Shown here: positions 28,949 to 38,566 of the stretch, piece after piece | Layout: each line of letters opens with the position of its first letter | Position numbering within the stretch: the stretch's first letter is position 1 | Source: Candidatus Cloacimonadales bacterium | GTDB taxonomy: Bacteria; Cloacimonadota; Cloacimonadia; Cloacimonadales; JAFGVF01 | Assembly (NCBI GenBank): GCA_963662585.1 | Contig: OY759729.1 | Coordinates: 1,888,001 to 1,952,000, forward strand | DNA: 64,000 nt | Direction: 5' to 3' | The notes under the pieces: model-generated | The model's database searches: none | Told to the model about the DNA's origin: nothing | Seen by the model: the letters and a program-made list of their open reading frames with translations, nothing else | Made by a program: the position numbers and the translations under genes

Positions 28949-31589
28949 CACCACCTGTATCCCCCTCATAGAAGGAGATTTAAGAGTTATTGTAGCACCC
29001 CCTGTGTCCCCCTCATAGGAGGGGGATTTAAGAAAACACCCCGTCTGCTGCGCAGCCACCCCTCTTTTAGCGTGCCTTCAGCATTAAAGCGGGGAATTTG
29101 AAGATGTTGTACCAGATTAAACTTCCATCTACACATCTTTTAGTCTGCCTTGAGCAATCAAGGGGGAATTGAATAGGTAAAGACTCTTGTTTTCTTCATC
29201 ATTATAATAGTAATAGCAATCTTAAATCCCGGAGGGATAACATATAATAGGGAGTGTTCGCAAGACACTCCTAAGGACACGACTGGAAAATAGCCCTAGA
29301 AGGGCGACATACCCTAAATGTATGAAATCAAATTAATAATTTCTTTTATAATTGACCTTATGGTTTATAAACTTTATTCCTAGATATCAATGAAACAATA
29401 TTTATTGAACTTGGCTTTATTACAAAACTAAACTATTTTGGTTTATATGAACCGAATAGCAGAGAATGAGTATTTAAGAAATAGTGAAACTTAGCAAAAG
29501 ATTAAGATAAAAAAACACAATGATGATTAGGGATATTATGATGATTCTGGCAGGTCAGAGGATATATCGCCCTTCCAGGGCTATCTTTTTGTCGCGACAT
29601 CTAGGAGTGTCTTGCGAGCACTCCCTATTATATGGCATCCCTTAGGGATTTAAGAGGAATCACCCCCTGTATCCCCCTCATAGAAGGGGATTTAAGAGTT
29701 ATTGTAGCACCCCCTGTGTCCCCCTCATAGGAGGGGGATTTAAGAAAACACCCCGTCTGCTGCGCAGCCACCCCTCTTTTAGCGTGCCTTCAGCACTAAA
29801 GTGGGGAATTTGAAGATGTTGTACCAGATTAAACTTCCATCTACACATCTTTTAGTCTGCCTTTTCAGATTTGCTCCAGAGGAGCAGTTTCTTGGTAGCC
29901 ATGAATTTGTTAAAGAAATCCCATCGCTCCGTAGGTGCGAAGATATACAAATTATCATCATTAAAGCTTAAAATAAATAGGTTTTTTTATCATAATCTTC
30001 ATTGCCATAACATAAAAAGCAATTCGCACCTACGGAGCGATTTCTTTGGGGATATGACATTTATGCTACCAAGAAATAGCTCCACTGGAGCTAGAAATTA
30101 GCACTTCAGACTTCAGTACCAAAAATGGCAGTTGAAGAGTGTGATAATCCCTCTTCTGTCGGATTGAGGACAGCTTGTCCGCTGTGAATTGATTAATAGC
30201 AGATGAATAGTCTATTAACTTTTAGTCTGCCTTGAGCAATCAAGGGGGAATTGAATAGGTAAAGACTCTTGTTTTCTTCATCATTATAATAGTAATAGCA
30301 ATCTTAAATCCCGGAGGGATAACATATAATAGGGAGTGTTCGCAAGACACTCCTAAGGACACGACCGGAAAATAGCCCTAGAAGGGCGACATACCCTAAA
30401 AGAATGAAGTCAAATTAATAATTTTTTTTATAATTGACCTTATGGTTTATAAACTTTATTCACTAGATCAATCAAACAATATTTATTGAACCTGGCTTTA
30501 TTACAAAAACTAAACTATTTTGGTTTATATGAACCGAATAGCAGAGAATGAGTATTTAAGAAATAGTGAAACTTAGCAAAAGATTAAGATAAAAAAGCAC
30601 AATAATGATTAGGGATATTATGATGATTCTGGCAGGTCAAAGGGATATATCGCCCTTCCAGGGCTATCTTTTTGTCGCGACATCTAGGAGTGTCTTGCGA
30701 GCACTCCCTATTATATGGCATCCCTTAGGGATTTAAGAGGAATCACCCCCTGTATCCCCCTCATAGAAGGGGATTTAAGGGATTATTGTAGCACCCCCTG
30801 TATCCCCCTCATAGAAGGGGATTTAAGAAAACACCCCGTCTGTTTCGCAGCCACCCCTCTTTTAGCGTGCCTTCAGCACTAAAGCGGGGAATTTGAAGAT
30901 GTTGTACCAGATTAAACTTCCATCTACACATCTTTTAGTCTGCCTTGAGCAATCAAGGGGGAATTGAATAGGTAAAGACTCTTGTTTTCTTCATCATTAT
31001 AATAGTAATAGCAATCTTAAATCCCGGAGGGATAACATATAATAGGGAGTGTTCGCAAGACACTCCTAAGGACACGACCGGAAAATAGCCCTAGAAGGGC
31101 GGCATACCCTAAATGTATGAAATCAAATCAATAATTTCTTTTATAATTGACCTTATGGTTTATAAACTTTATTCACTAGATATCAATGAAACAATATTTA
31201 TTGAACCTGGCTTTATTACAAAACTAAACTATTTTGGTTTATATGAACCGAATAGCAGAGAATGAGTATTTAAGAAATAGTGAAACTTAGCAAAAGATTA
31301 AGATAAAAAAACACAATGATGATTAGGGATATTATGATGATTCTGGCAGGTCAAAGGGATATATCGCCCTTCCAGGGCTATCTTTTTGTCGCGACATCTA
31401 GGAGTGTCTTGCGAGCACTCCCTATTATATGGCATCCCTTAGGGATTTAAGAGGAATCACCCCCCTGTATCCCCCTCATAGAAGGGGATTTAAGGGATTA
31501 TTGTAGCACCCCCTGTGTCCCCCTCATAGAAGGGGATTTAAGGGATTATTGTAGCACCCCCTGTATCCCCCTCATAGAAGGGGATTAAG
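28949..31589. repeat. Non-coding tandem array of ~712 bp composite palindromic units (3 full units plus a partial fourth)
   Basis: Near-identical units start at 28949, 29661, 30744 and 31458; unit 2 carries a 370 bp insertion. Confidence 0.93.
29873..30091. mobile_element. REPIN-like fold-back element inside the unit-2 insertion
   Basis: Arms GCTCCAGAGGAGC..TTTCTTGGTAGC..ATCGCTCCGTAGGTGCGAA (29873-29941) and their imperfect complement (30023-30091). Confidence 0.7.
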
Positions 31590-31617
31590 AAAAAAGGCAA
31601 GCTTTGCAGATTGCCTT
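31590..31617 (-). terminator. Terminator of the thiamine operon
   Basis: AAGGCAA...TTGCCTT stem; the A run on + reads as a U tract on -. Confidence 0.6.
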
Positions 31618-31659
31618 CATGTTTATCTATATGTATACTATTAGTCTTCAATACCTCTA

Positions 31660-32937
31660 TTAGTCTTCAATACCTCTATCAGTTCTGACAGCACAGAGTT
31701 TTCCACACATAGTGCAATAATCATCATCTTTTGATTCAGAGTTACTTTTTCTTGATTTAGCTAATTCTGGGTCTAGGGAGTTAGCATAAATTGTTTCCCA
31801 ATCAAATTCTCTACGAGCTTTAGATACTCTATGATCTTGTTCGATAGCCCCAGGAACTTTCTTCACAATATCCCCAGCATGGGCAGCAATTTTAGTGGCG
31901 ATAATACCTTGTTTAACATCTTCAGGAGTTGGTAAGCAGAGGTGTTCCGCAGGAGTAACATAGCAGAGGAAATCTACTCCGGCAGCAGCAGCAAGTGCTC
32001 CACCGATAGCTCCAGTGATATGGTCATAACCAGACGCGATATCTGTAACTAGTGGACCTAAGACATAGAAAGGTGCTTCTTTACAGATAGATTTCATAAT
32101 CTTAACATTCATTTCTACTTGATCTAAAGGAATATGGCCTGGTCCTTCAACCATGACTTGAACTCCTCTTTTTCTAGCTCTTTCTACTAATTCGCCTAAT
32201 ACTAAAAGCTCAGCAAATTGCCCTCTATCAGAAGCATCAAATTGGGAGCCAGGTCTCATTCCATCACCGAGTGATAGTGTTACATCATATTTAGCACAAA
32301 TCTCTAAAAGACGGTCGTAATGTTCATAGAGAGGATTTTCGCATTTATGATTCTTCATCCATTGTTTGATAAGTGAACCACCACGAGAAACTATGCCTAA
32401 TAATCTTTCAGAAGTTTCATAAGTAGCAACACTTTGTCTGGTGATTCCACAATGAACGGTTACGAAATCCACACCTAGCTTAGCATGATTTTCTATCTCT
32501 TCAAAAAGGAGGTCAGGAGTCATATCATAGAAAGCTTTCTCTTCAGCTAATAGTCTGCTCATTACGCTATAGATGGGCACAGTACCCACCATAATAGGAG
32601 AAGAATCAACTACTTGCTTGAGGATGGCAGCTAAATCTCCACCTGTTGATAAATCCATAATGCTATCTGCACCATATTTTACTGAAACATTAAGTTTTTC
32701 TAATTCTTCTTCAATAACGCAATGTTTTTCTGAAGTACCGATGTTGGAATTAACCTTAGTTTTTAGTCCGTAGCCTATACCAACTGCGCTGAAGTTATGA
32801 TTAATATTTTTAGGAATTACTATTCTTCCTTTGGCAACTTCTTCTCTAATGTATTCTCCATTTCTATTTTCTTTTTGGGCTACAATCTCCATTTCTGGAG
32901 TGATAATGCCTTTTAAAGCTGATTCTAATTGTGTCAT
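31660..32937 (-). CDS. thiC: Phosphomethylpyrimidine synthase ThiC
   Basis: KVNSNIGTS, MDLSTGG, SRGGS, EGPGH, CYVTPAEHL, CTMCGKLC. Confidence 0.97.
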   Translation of the reverse strand: MTQLESALKGIITPEMEIVAQKENRNGEYIREEVAKGRIVIPKNINHNFSAVGIGYGLKTKVNSNIGTSEKHCVIEEELEKLNVSVKYGADSIMDLSTGGDLAAILKQVVDSSPIMVGTVPIYSVMSRLLAEEKAFYDMTPDLLFEEIENHAKLGVDFVTVHCGITRQSVATYETSERLLGIVSRGGSLIKQWMKNHKCENPLYEHYDRLLEICAKYDVTLSLGDGMRPGSQFDASDRGQFAELLVLGELVERARKRGVQVMVEGPGHIPLDQVEMNVKIMKSICKEAPFYVLGPLVTDIASGYDHITGAIGGALAAAAGVDFLCYVTPAEHLCLPTPEDVKQGIIATKIAAHAGDIVKKVPGAIEQDHRVSKARREFDWETIYANSLDPELAKSRKSNSESKDDDYCTMCGKLCAVRTDRGIED

Positions 32938-32949
32938 ATTTTCCTCTAG

Positions 32950-33561
32950 TTATATGTGTAGTTTACTGGTTATTTTCAATATTCTCTCTTCGAGATTTTC
33001 ACTATTCATAAAGTATCTGACTAAACAGATGTTCTGAGCTCCCTTATAGATAACTTCTTCCGCATTTGTTTCATCAATTCCACCGATAGCTACAACAGGT
33101 ATAGGTGAAATCTCAACAACTTGTCTGATGTTAGATAAGCCTACTGCTGGGTCTGGTTTAGCCTTAGTAGGAGTGGGGAAGATAGGTCCATAACCTATAT
33201 AATCAGGCTTCTGGGCTATTGCTATTCTAGCTTGTTCTAAAGAATGAGTGGAGAGTCCGTAAATTTTATCTTGGCCCAAGATGGACTTAGCTTCTTCTAA
33301 ACTTAAATCATCTTGTCCTAAATGAAGACCATCAGCATTCACTATTTTAGCTATATCAGCACGGTCATTGATGATAAATTTAGTAGGGCTTGCTGAAGTT
33401 ATTTTCAGAATCTCTCGACTTATAGAAATAAGCTCTCTATCAGACAGATCTTTCTCGCGAAGTTGCAGGTATTTGATATTATACTTAACTGCGATGCGAG
33501 CTATTTCTTGATAGCTGAGATGCGGTTTAGTGATTATCAGATATAAACCGAAATCAGTCAT
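32950..33561 (-). CDS. thiE: Thiamine-phosphate synthase ThiE
   Basis: QLREK, IINDR, HLGQDD, GLSTH, PTPTK, VAIGGI. Confidence 0.95.
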   Translation of the reverse strand: MTDFGLYLIITKPHLSYQEIARIAVKYNIKYLQLREKDLSDRELISISREILKITSASPTKFIINDRADIAKIVNADGLHLGQDDLSLEEAKSILGQDKIYGLSTHSLEQARIAIAQKPDYIGYGPIFPTPTKAKPDPAVGLSNIRQVVEISPIPVVAIGGIDETNAEEVIYKGAQNICLVRYFMNSENLEERILKITSKLHI

Positions 33562-34331
33562 TATTTGCCTAAGCTTTCTATAATCAAGTGAGCTACTTTC
33601 TGTCCTGAGAGAAGCATTCCGCCAAAGATAGGACCCATTCTAAATGAACCACTTACACCATTAGCAGCCATTCCTGATACGAATAAACCAGGATATACTT
33701 CTTTGGTATTCACTACTGTAGCTTCCTCACCTTCTTCAACAGAGAGAGATCTTTCTCCTTGAACTTTTCCAGTTGGAGTATTAAGAGTGATATTATTCTT
33801 GTTAGCAACAGTCTTGGTTACTTCACAAGGATGACCTGTTCCATCTAAGACACATTTAGCCATAATTACTAAAGGGTCAACATGAAGTCCTTCTCTGATA
33901 ATAGTTGCCCAATTCACCACAACACCCGCTACTCTCTCTTTCTGGAAAACAACATCTTCTACTATAAAACCATTATTAATAATAGCCCCAGCTTTGGTTG
34001 CTGCATAGATTAAAGCTGAAGTAGCATGAACAGAATCGCAAGTGACACAAGTATCATCATATCTTTCATACTTGATGTTAAATTCATCTAAGATATCAGT
34101 AGCAATATTCTGTACTACTATCTGATTGAAGAGCATAGCACCGCCCCACATTCCACCACCAGGAGCAAGCTTGGATTCAAAGACTCCAACTTTCTTACCA
34201 GCTCTGGCCAAATATGTTGCTGCCACTAAACCTGAAGGTCCAGCACCAACTATCGCAACATCCAACTCTAAAATACTCTTCAACTTGTTAAAATAGGTAT
34301 CAATAATACCTCGGGAAACTGTAAGTTCCAT
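33561..34331 (-). CDS. thi4: Sulfide-dependent adenosine diphosphate thiazole synthase (Thi4)
   Basis: GAGPSGL, GGGMWGG, LHVDP, RMGPIFGGM; start placed at ATG 34331 (or 34334) after GGAGG, because the longer ORF-track start runs through the riboswitch. Confidence 0.92.
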   Translation of the reverse strand: MELTVSRGIIDTYFNKLKSILELDVAIVGAGPSGLVAATYLARAGKKVGVFESKLAPGGGMWGGAMLFNQIVVQNIATDILDEFNIKYERYDDTCVTCDSVHATSALIYAATKAGAIINNGFIVEDVVFQKERVAGVVVNWATIIREGLHVDPLVIMAKCVLDGTGHPCEVTKTVANKNNITLNTPTGKVQGERSLSVEEGEEATVVNTKEVYPGLFVSGMAANGVSGSFRMGPIFGGMLLSGQKVAHLIIESLGK

Positions 34332-34413
34332 CATTCCTCCAATTAATTTTGTTTTGTTTTGGAGGATAATGCCTTGTAGAAGGTCAAAAAAATGTAAGGT
34401 GTGTATAAAAAAT

Positions 34414-34496
34414 CGCATCTCACTTCCTTCGCCGGCATTACCCGGATCAGGTTCTAAGGGTATAATCTCAGCCTTTCGGCACCCCTGAATCTGCAT
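34414..34496 (-). ncRNA. TPP riboswitch
   Basis: Minus strand reads GGGGTGC...GCTGAGA..ACCC..GAACCTGATCCGGGTAATGCCGGCGAAGG; upstream of thi4-thiE-thiC. Confidence 0.96.
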
Positions 34497-34542
34497 GATC
34501 TTAGCCAATAAAAAATACTAACTAAAAGTGTCAAGATTAAAC

Positions 34543-34700
34543 CCGAATGGTGCAGTAGATCTTTTAGAATAGCACTATATTCATTTGCTAAAGCATTTTA
34601 CATAATTTCTCAGAGTATATATATTATACGCTGATAAATTCTGTAAAACCTTTATCTAAAAGAATCTGCCTCTTCTGTAAAGCTCTACTGCACCATTCGG
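34543..34700. mobile_element. 158 bp MITE-like element
   Basis: Perfect 17 bp terminal inverted repeat CCGAATGGTGCAGTAGA / TCTACTGCACCATTCGG; left end recurs at 59854-59909. Confidence 0.7.
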
Positions 34701-34886
34701 ATTAAAGCGAATATGACGAAAAAGACTGAGCGACAAAGAGGCAAAGTAAATACTCTGCACAAGAATTAACACGAATTAAATCAAATTTCCACGAATGTAG
34801 GAGCGAAAGCTTGTAGATCGATTATTTACCACTAGAAGAAAAAAAAAAAAATAAAACTTGCCTAGATAGACTTTTAAATTAAATTG

Positions 34887-34903
34887 ACTTTGTATTTCAA
34901 AGT
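34887..34903. promoter_or_regulatory. Probable operator for the downstream winged-HTH regulator
   Basis: Palindrome ACTTTG-N5-CAAAGT 23 bp upstream of the operon start. Confidence 0.55.
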
Positions 34904-34926
34904 ACAATGTTTGATAAGGAGTCAAG

Positions 34927-35532
34927 ATGAAGAATGCAGATGAAAGTTTAAAGTTTATAAAATCCTTAGTGGAGGATAATCGTAAGTTAGCTTTAGGAAG
35001 TGGAATGCCTTCAATAATTTGGGGTATGTTTGTAATAACAGCTCTTCTACTTACCTATTGGGGAATACAGAAGCCAATGACTAATGGTTTGTATTATATG
35101 CTAGTTTGGATAATTGCTAGTGGTTTAGGTTGGATTGCCTCAACAATAGTTGAGAGGAAAAGAGAAAAGAGTAGTGTTTCGACATATTCTCAGCAAATAC
35201 TGGGAGTGATTTGGATGTGTCACGGTATAACCATGATGATTTTAGCTTTTGTGGCAACTTCTGCAGGGGTTATAAATTATTATGCAGTATCGCCAATGAT
35301 GGGTACCGTAGTTGCTTCTGCTTACTTTATTAATGGTTGGTTAAATCAATACAAGTGGTTGATGGGTATTGGAATTATTTGGTGGATTAGCTCAATAACT
35401 TTATTTTTTGTGGTTAGAATGGAAAATATTGGTGGAGCAAATACCCTTCTTTATTTTGCTGGTTTAATGTTTTTACTTCAGGTTCTTCCAGGAATTAAGT
35501 TAGAGTTGCTTTGGAGAAAGGAGAACAGATAA
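34927..35532 (+). CDS. Hypothetical integral membrane protein (~6 TM)
   Basis: Hydrophobic segments; strong AAGGAG RBS; abuts the HTH gene. Confidence 0.75.
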   Translation: MKNADESLKFIKSLVEDNRKLALGSGMPSIIWGMFVITALLLTYWGIQKPMTNGLYYMLVWIIASGLGWIASTIVERKREKSSVSTYSQQILGVIWMCHGITMMILAFVATSAGVINYYAVSPMMGTVVASAYFINGWLNQYKWLMGIGIIWWISSITLFFVVRMENIGGANTLLYFAGLMFLLQVLPGIKLELLWRKENR

Positions 35533-35853
35533 ATGTCTAGTGATAATGAAGCTATATTTGATTATAATGAGATAGATGATATAATTCACGCTCGCATCAG
35601 ATTAGCTATAATGACAATTCTTTTGACTAGGGGAAAGACAGATTTTGCTACCTTAAAGAAGCAGACTAAGACTTCAGATGGAAATTTAAGTACTCATTTG
35701 AGGAAGTTGGAAGATGCAGATTATATTGTGGTGGAAAAGAGTTTTATAGATAGAAAGCCAATTACTATCTATTGGGTTAGTGATAATGGCAAAAAGGCTT
35801 ATGCTAATTACATAGCAACAATAGAAAGATTAGTAAGTTCCAAGGAGGAATAA
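35533..35853 (+). CDS. Winged-HTH transcriptional regulator (MarR/ArsR-like, HTH_34)
   Basis: IHARIRLAIM, SDGNLSTHLRKLEDADYI. Confidence 0.88.
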   Translation: MSSDNEAIFDYNEIDDIIHARIRLAIMTILLTRGKTDFATLKKQTKTSDGNLSTHLRKLEDADYIVVEKSFIDRKPITIYWVSDNGKKAYANYIATIERLVSSKEE

Positions 35854-35855
35854 AA

Positions 35856-37400
35856 GTGAAAAAGATTAGTTTGATAATATTTATTGTTCTTCTAGCAATG
35901 AATCTATTTGGTAAGACAGCTCAAGAGTATATTGATTCTGCTTTTGCCGTGGAGAATAGTGATATTTTTGAGGCAACTGAGATAATGGAAAAGGCTGTTG
36001 AAGAACATCCTGAAAATGCAGATATTTTGAGTGTTTATGGCTTAATGCTGAGTAAGAGTGCTGGACAAGTAAGCTTCTTAAAGGCAGGAATGATTTCTTC
36101 CAAAGCCGAGAAAGCATTTAATAGAGCCTTAGAACTTGAAGCTGACCATAAAGATGCAATATTATGGCGTGGTATTTTAAGAGTTAATTTGCCCAAGTTT
36201 TTAGGAAAGTTGAATAAAGGTATAGCAGATTTAGAAAAAAGTTATTCTAGACCAGGAATTAGTAATGATGATTATTTAGTTGCATCATATTTCTTAGGTC
36301 AAGCTTATTTAAAAAAAGATAATTCCCTGCAGGCTAGGGAATACTTTAAGAATGTGGTAAGATACGGCGCAGATACTCCTTTCTACCAAGATAGTGTCCA
36401 TCAACTTAGTGAGTTAGAAGCTGAAATGCCTGAAGAAGTTAATTCAAGTGGCGATTTACAAGCACAAGCTGATAAGTATATAGAGGAAGAAGACTATATA
36501 AATGCTTATAAGATTTTAACCGAAGCTACCAAACAAGATACTACTGACATAGAACTCTATTTAAAATATCTCAATGTGATTAGAGTAGTCTCTGAAGAAG
36601 GCTATGATGAAAAGACTTATGAAGAAGTAGCTTTTATGTCTGATTTAGCTTTTAATGTTGCCTATACGCTAACAAAGATTGTTGAAATGATGCCAGATAA
36701 CGAAGATTTTCGCCTGCTAAAAGCTGAAGTTTTATCTCAATTACCTTTCTTTGTGAAATCTCTAGATGAGGCGAAAAAAGAAGCAGATTGGGTAATTTCT
36801 AATAGCACTAATTCAGAGAATATTAAGTTAGCTGAAGAGATTAAAGAGAGTATTCATGCTAGAAGTGAAAGAATGAAACTTACTGATCAATTTCTTGCTT
36901 CTGATAACAAGAAAGAGAAAGCTTCGCTAATTGCTAAAATGCAATATGATCAAACTCAAGCTAAAAAACCTGAGGGAATGCAGACTAAAGTAACTCTATC
37001 TTTGGGATTTGCTGATTATATTGCCCCTCAAACTGCTGTCTGGGTTGAAGATTCTAAAGGTAATTTTATAGCACCAATTTATGTTTCAGCATTTAGTGCT
37101 AACATAAAAGAGAAACAAGTTCATCTTCCTACTTGGGCTAAGAAATCTAAGTTTGATGATTCTATTGTTAAGATTACCGGAGCTAGCGTCGATAGTGGAA
37201 AGCATATCTTCTACTGGGATAATAAAGATATTAAAGGAAATGAACTTAGAGGAGGAGATTATTTTGTCTTTGCGGAAGTTTCACACTGGCCTCATGCTAA
37301 TTATTCACTCCAAAAAGTTAAACTCAGTTTGGGTGGGAAGAGTTATCGTCAGACTAGAGAAGGAGATTTTCTTATCACTGAAATCAAGGTTGAATATTAA
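35856..37400 (+). CDS. Exported TPR-repeat protein with C-terminal DUF2271-like domain
   Basis: Signal peptide, TPR-like helices, PQTAVWVEDSKGNFIAPIYVS and ITGAS motifs. Confidence 0.7.
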   Translation: MKKISLIIFIVLLAMNLFGKTAQEYIDSAFAVENSDIFEATEIMEKAVEEHPENADILSVYGLMLSKSAGQVSFLKAGMISSKAEKAFNRALELEADHKDAILWRGILRVNLPKFLGKLNKGIADLEKSYSRPGISNDDYLVASYFLGQAYLKKDNSLQAREYFKNVVRYGADTPFYQDSVHQLSELEAEMPEEVNSSGDLQAQADKYIEEEDYINAYKILTEATKQDTTDIELYLKYLNVIRVVSEEGYDEKTYEEVAFMSDLAFNVAYTLTKIVEMMPDNEDFRLLKAEVLSQLPFFVKSLDEAKKEADWVISNSTNSENIKLAEEIKESIHARSERMKLTDQFLASDNKKEKASLIAKMQYDQTQAKKPEGMQTKVTLSLGFADYIAPQTAVWVEDSKGNFIAPIYVSAFSANIKEKQVHLPTWAKKSKFDDSIVKITGASVDSGKHIFYWDNKDIKGNELRGGDYFVFAEVSHWPHANYSLQKVKLSLGGKSYRQTREGDFLITEIKVEY

Positions 37401-37932
37401 AGCCAAATAATAACAAGAACCCTTTTCTTTCTCTAGTTCAATGGACACCTTTTTCTCTTAGCTCGCTTCTTTACTGTAATCACGAAAACGCATCAAATAA
37501 TGTATGAGATTAGAGTGAAGGAGCAGAAAGTGGGCCAAGGAATAGGGGGAAATGAAGAGAAAAATGGGTAATAAGGGAGAGGAAGAATTTGTTTTCTTAG
37601 TTCAGAAATTCAAATTCTTCCTATGGTACTTGAGTATTCGTATAAAAACAAATACACCAAACAGCTGATGAAAGTTTTCTACAGACCCTATATGGGAGAA
37701 CATTTCATACTAATACTATTTCTGCATTTAATAAATTATGTATTGCCTTCTCTAATTTACATACAACCATGATGAAATTACCTTCTTGCACACCAGAGAA
37801 ACACCTCCTTAAGTATGCTGGCTACAGACCTCTGCCCTTGTCATCATATACTCCCCGTCCTCATGAATAGACAGGGAGTGATTGGAGTTTAACTAAAGTA
37901 TTACTAGTGTCTTAATAATACTTAAAATCTAT

Positions 37933-38280
37933 TTAATCATGGACAGCAAGTAGTAGCTCATCTGTATTATAAGGCTTATGAATTATATGACCGCCCTGGT
38001 CATATACTCTTGAAGAAATATCTTCATCAGTAATTGCCTGAATAACTATACTCTTTCTTAGCTGATTATGGGTCTCTAGATAACTACAAAATAATCTATT
38101 CTTATCACTTCTATAGTCATAATCCACAATTACTTTGCAGTAATCATTCTCTTCAGCTAACCTTGTGCAAAGAGAAAGATCTAGCGGGGCATCTACTAGA
38201 TAACCCGAATCAGTAAAGAGCATGGTTAATAAAAACCTATGATCATCATTTGTTGTCGCTATTAATATTCTGTTTTTCAT
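37933..38280 (-). CDS. Atypical stand-alone response-regulator receiver domain
   Basis: RILIA, VIVDY, IIHKPY; acidic pocket degenerate. Confidence 0.65.
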   Translation of the reverse strand: MKNRILIATTNDDHRFLLTMLFTDSGYLVDAPLDLSLCTRLAEENDYCKVIVDYDYRSDKNRLFCSYLETHNQLRKSIVIQAITDEDISSRVYDQGGHIIHKPYNTDELLLAVHD

Positions 38281-38566
38281 ACGGATATATATTACATTTG
38301 CTATTCCAAAGTTTCAATTTTGAATATTAAACTTTCTATCTATAAGGGATTAAATAAGTTATCTATATCTGCAGTAATTCCCCTTCTCTTGGATATTTGC
38401 ATAGTGTAACGAAAGAGTAACACTATACTGCCTAGAAATAGTAACAAGGAAACACTAGCTTGCAGTGCTGAGTTTTAGAATTATTATAGACAAAAAATAT
38501 CTATTTTCTAATCTGGTTAAACCCAAATAAGGCACCATCTGGGTTAAAAAGAATAATGAGGAAATT

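Noticed and set aside
29779..30101. 60-aa and 76-aa ORFs in the array
   Set aside because: They span palindromic repeat modules, lack an RBS and show no protein-like motifs.
28949..31589. CRISPR array
   Set aside because: Sequences between repeats are near-identical rather than unique spacers, periods are 47 and ~712 bp, and no cas genes are present.
34332..34508. 59-aa N-terminal extension of Thi4 in the ORF track
   Set aside because: It runs through the TPP aptamer; a GGAGG RBS sits just before the MMELTV start.
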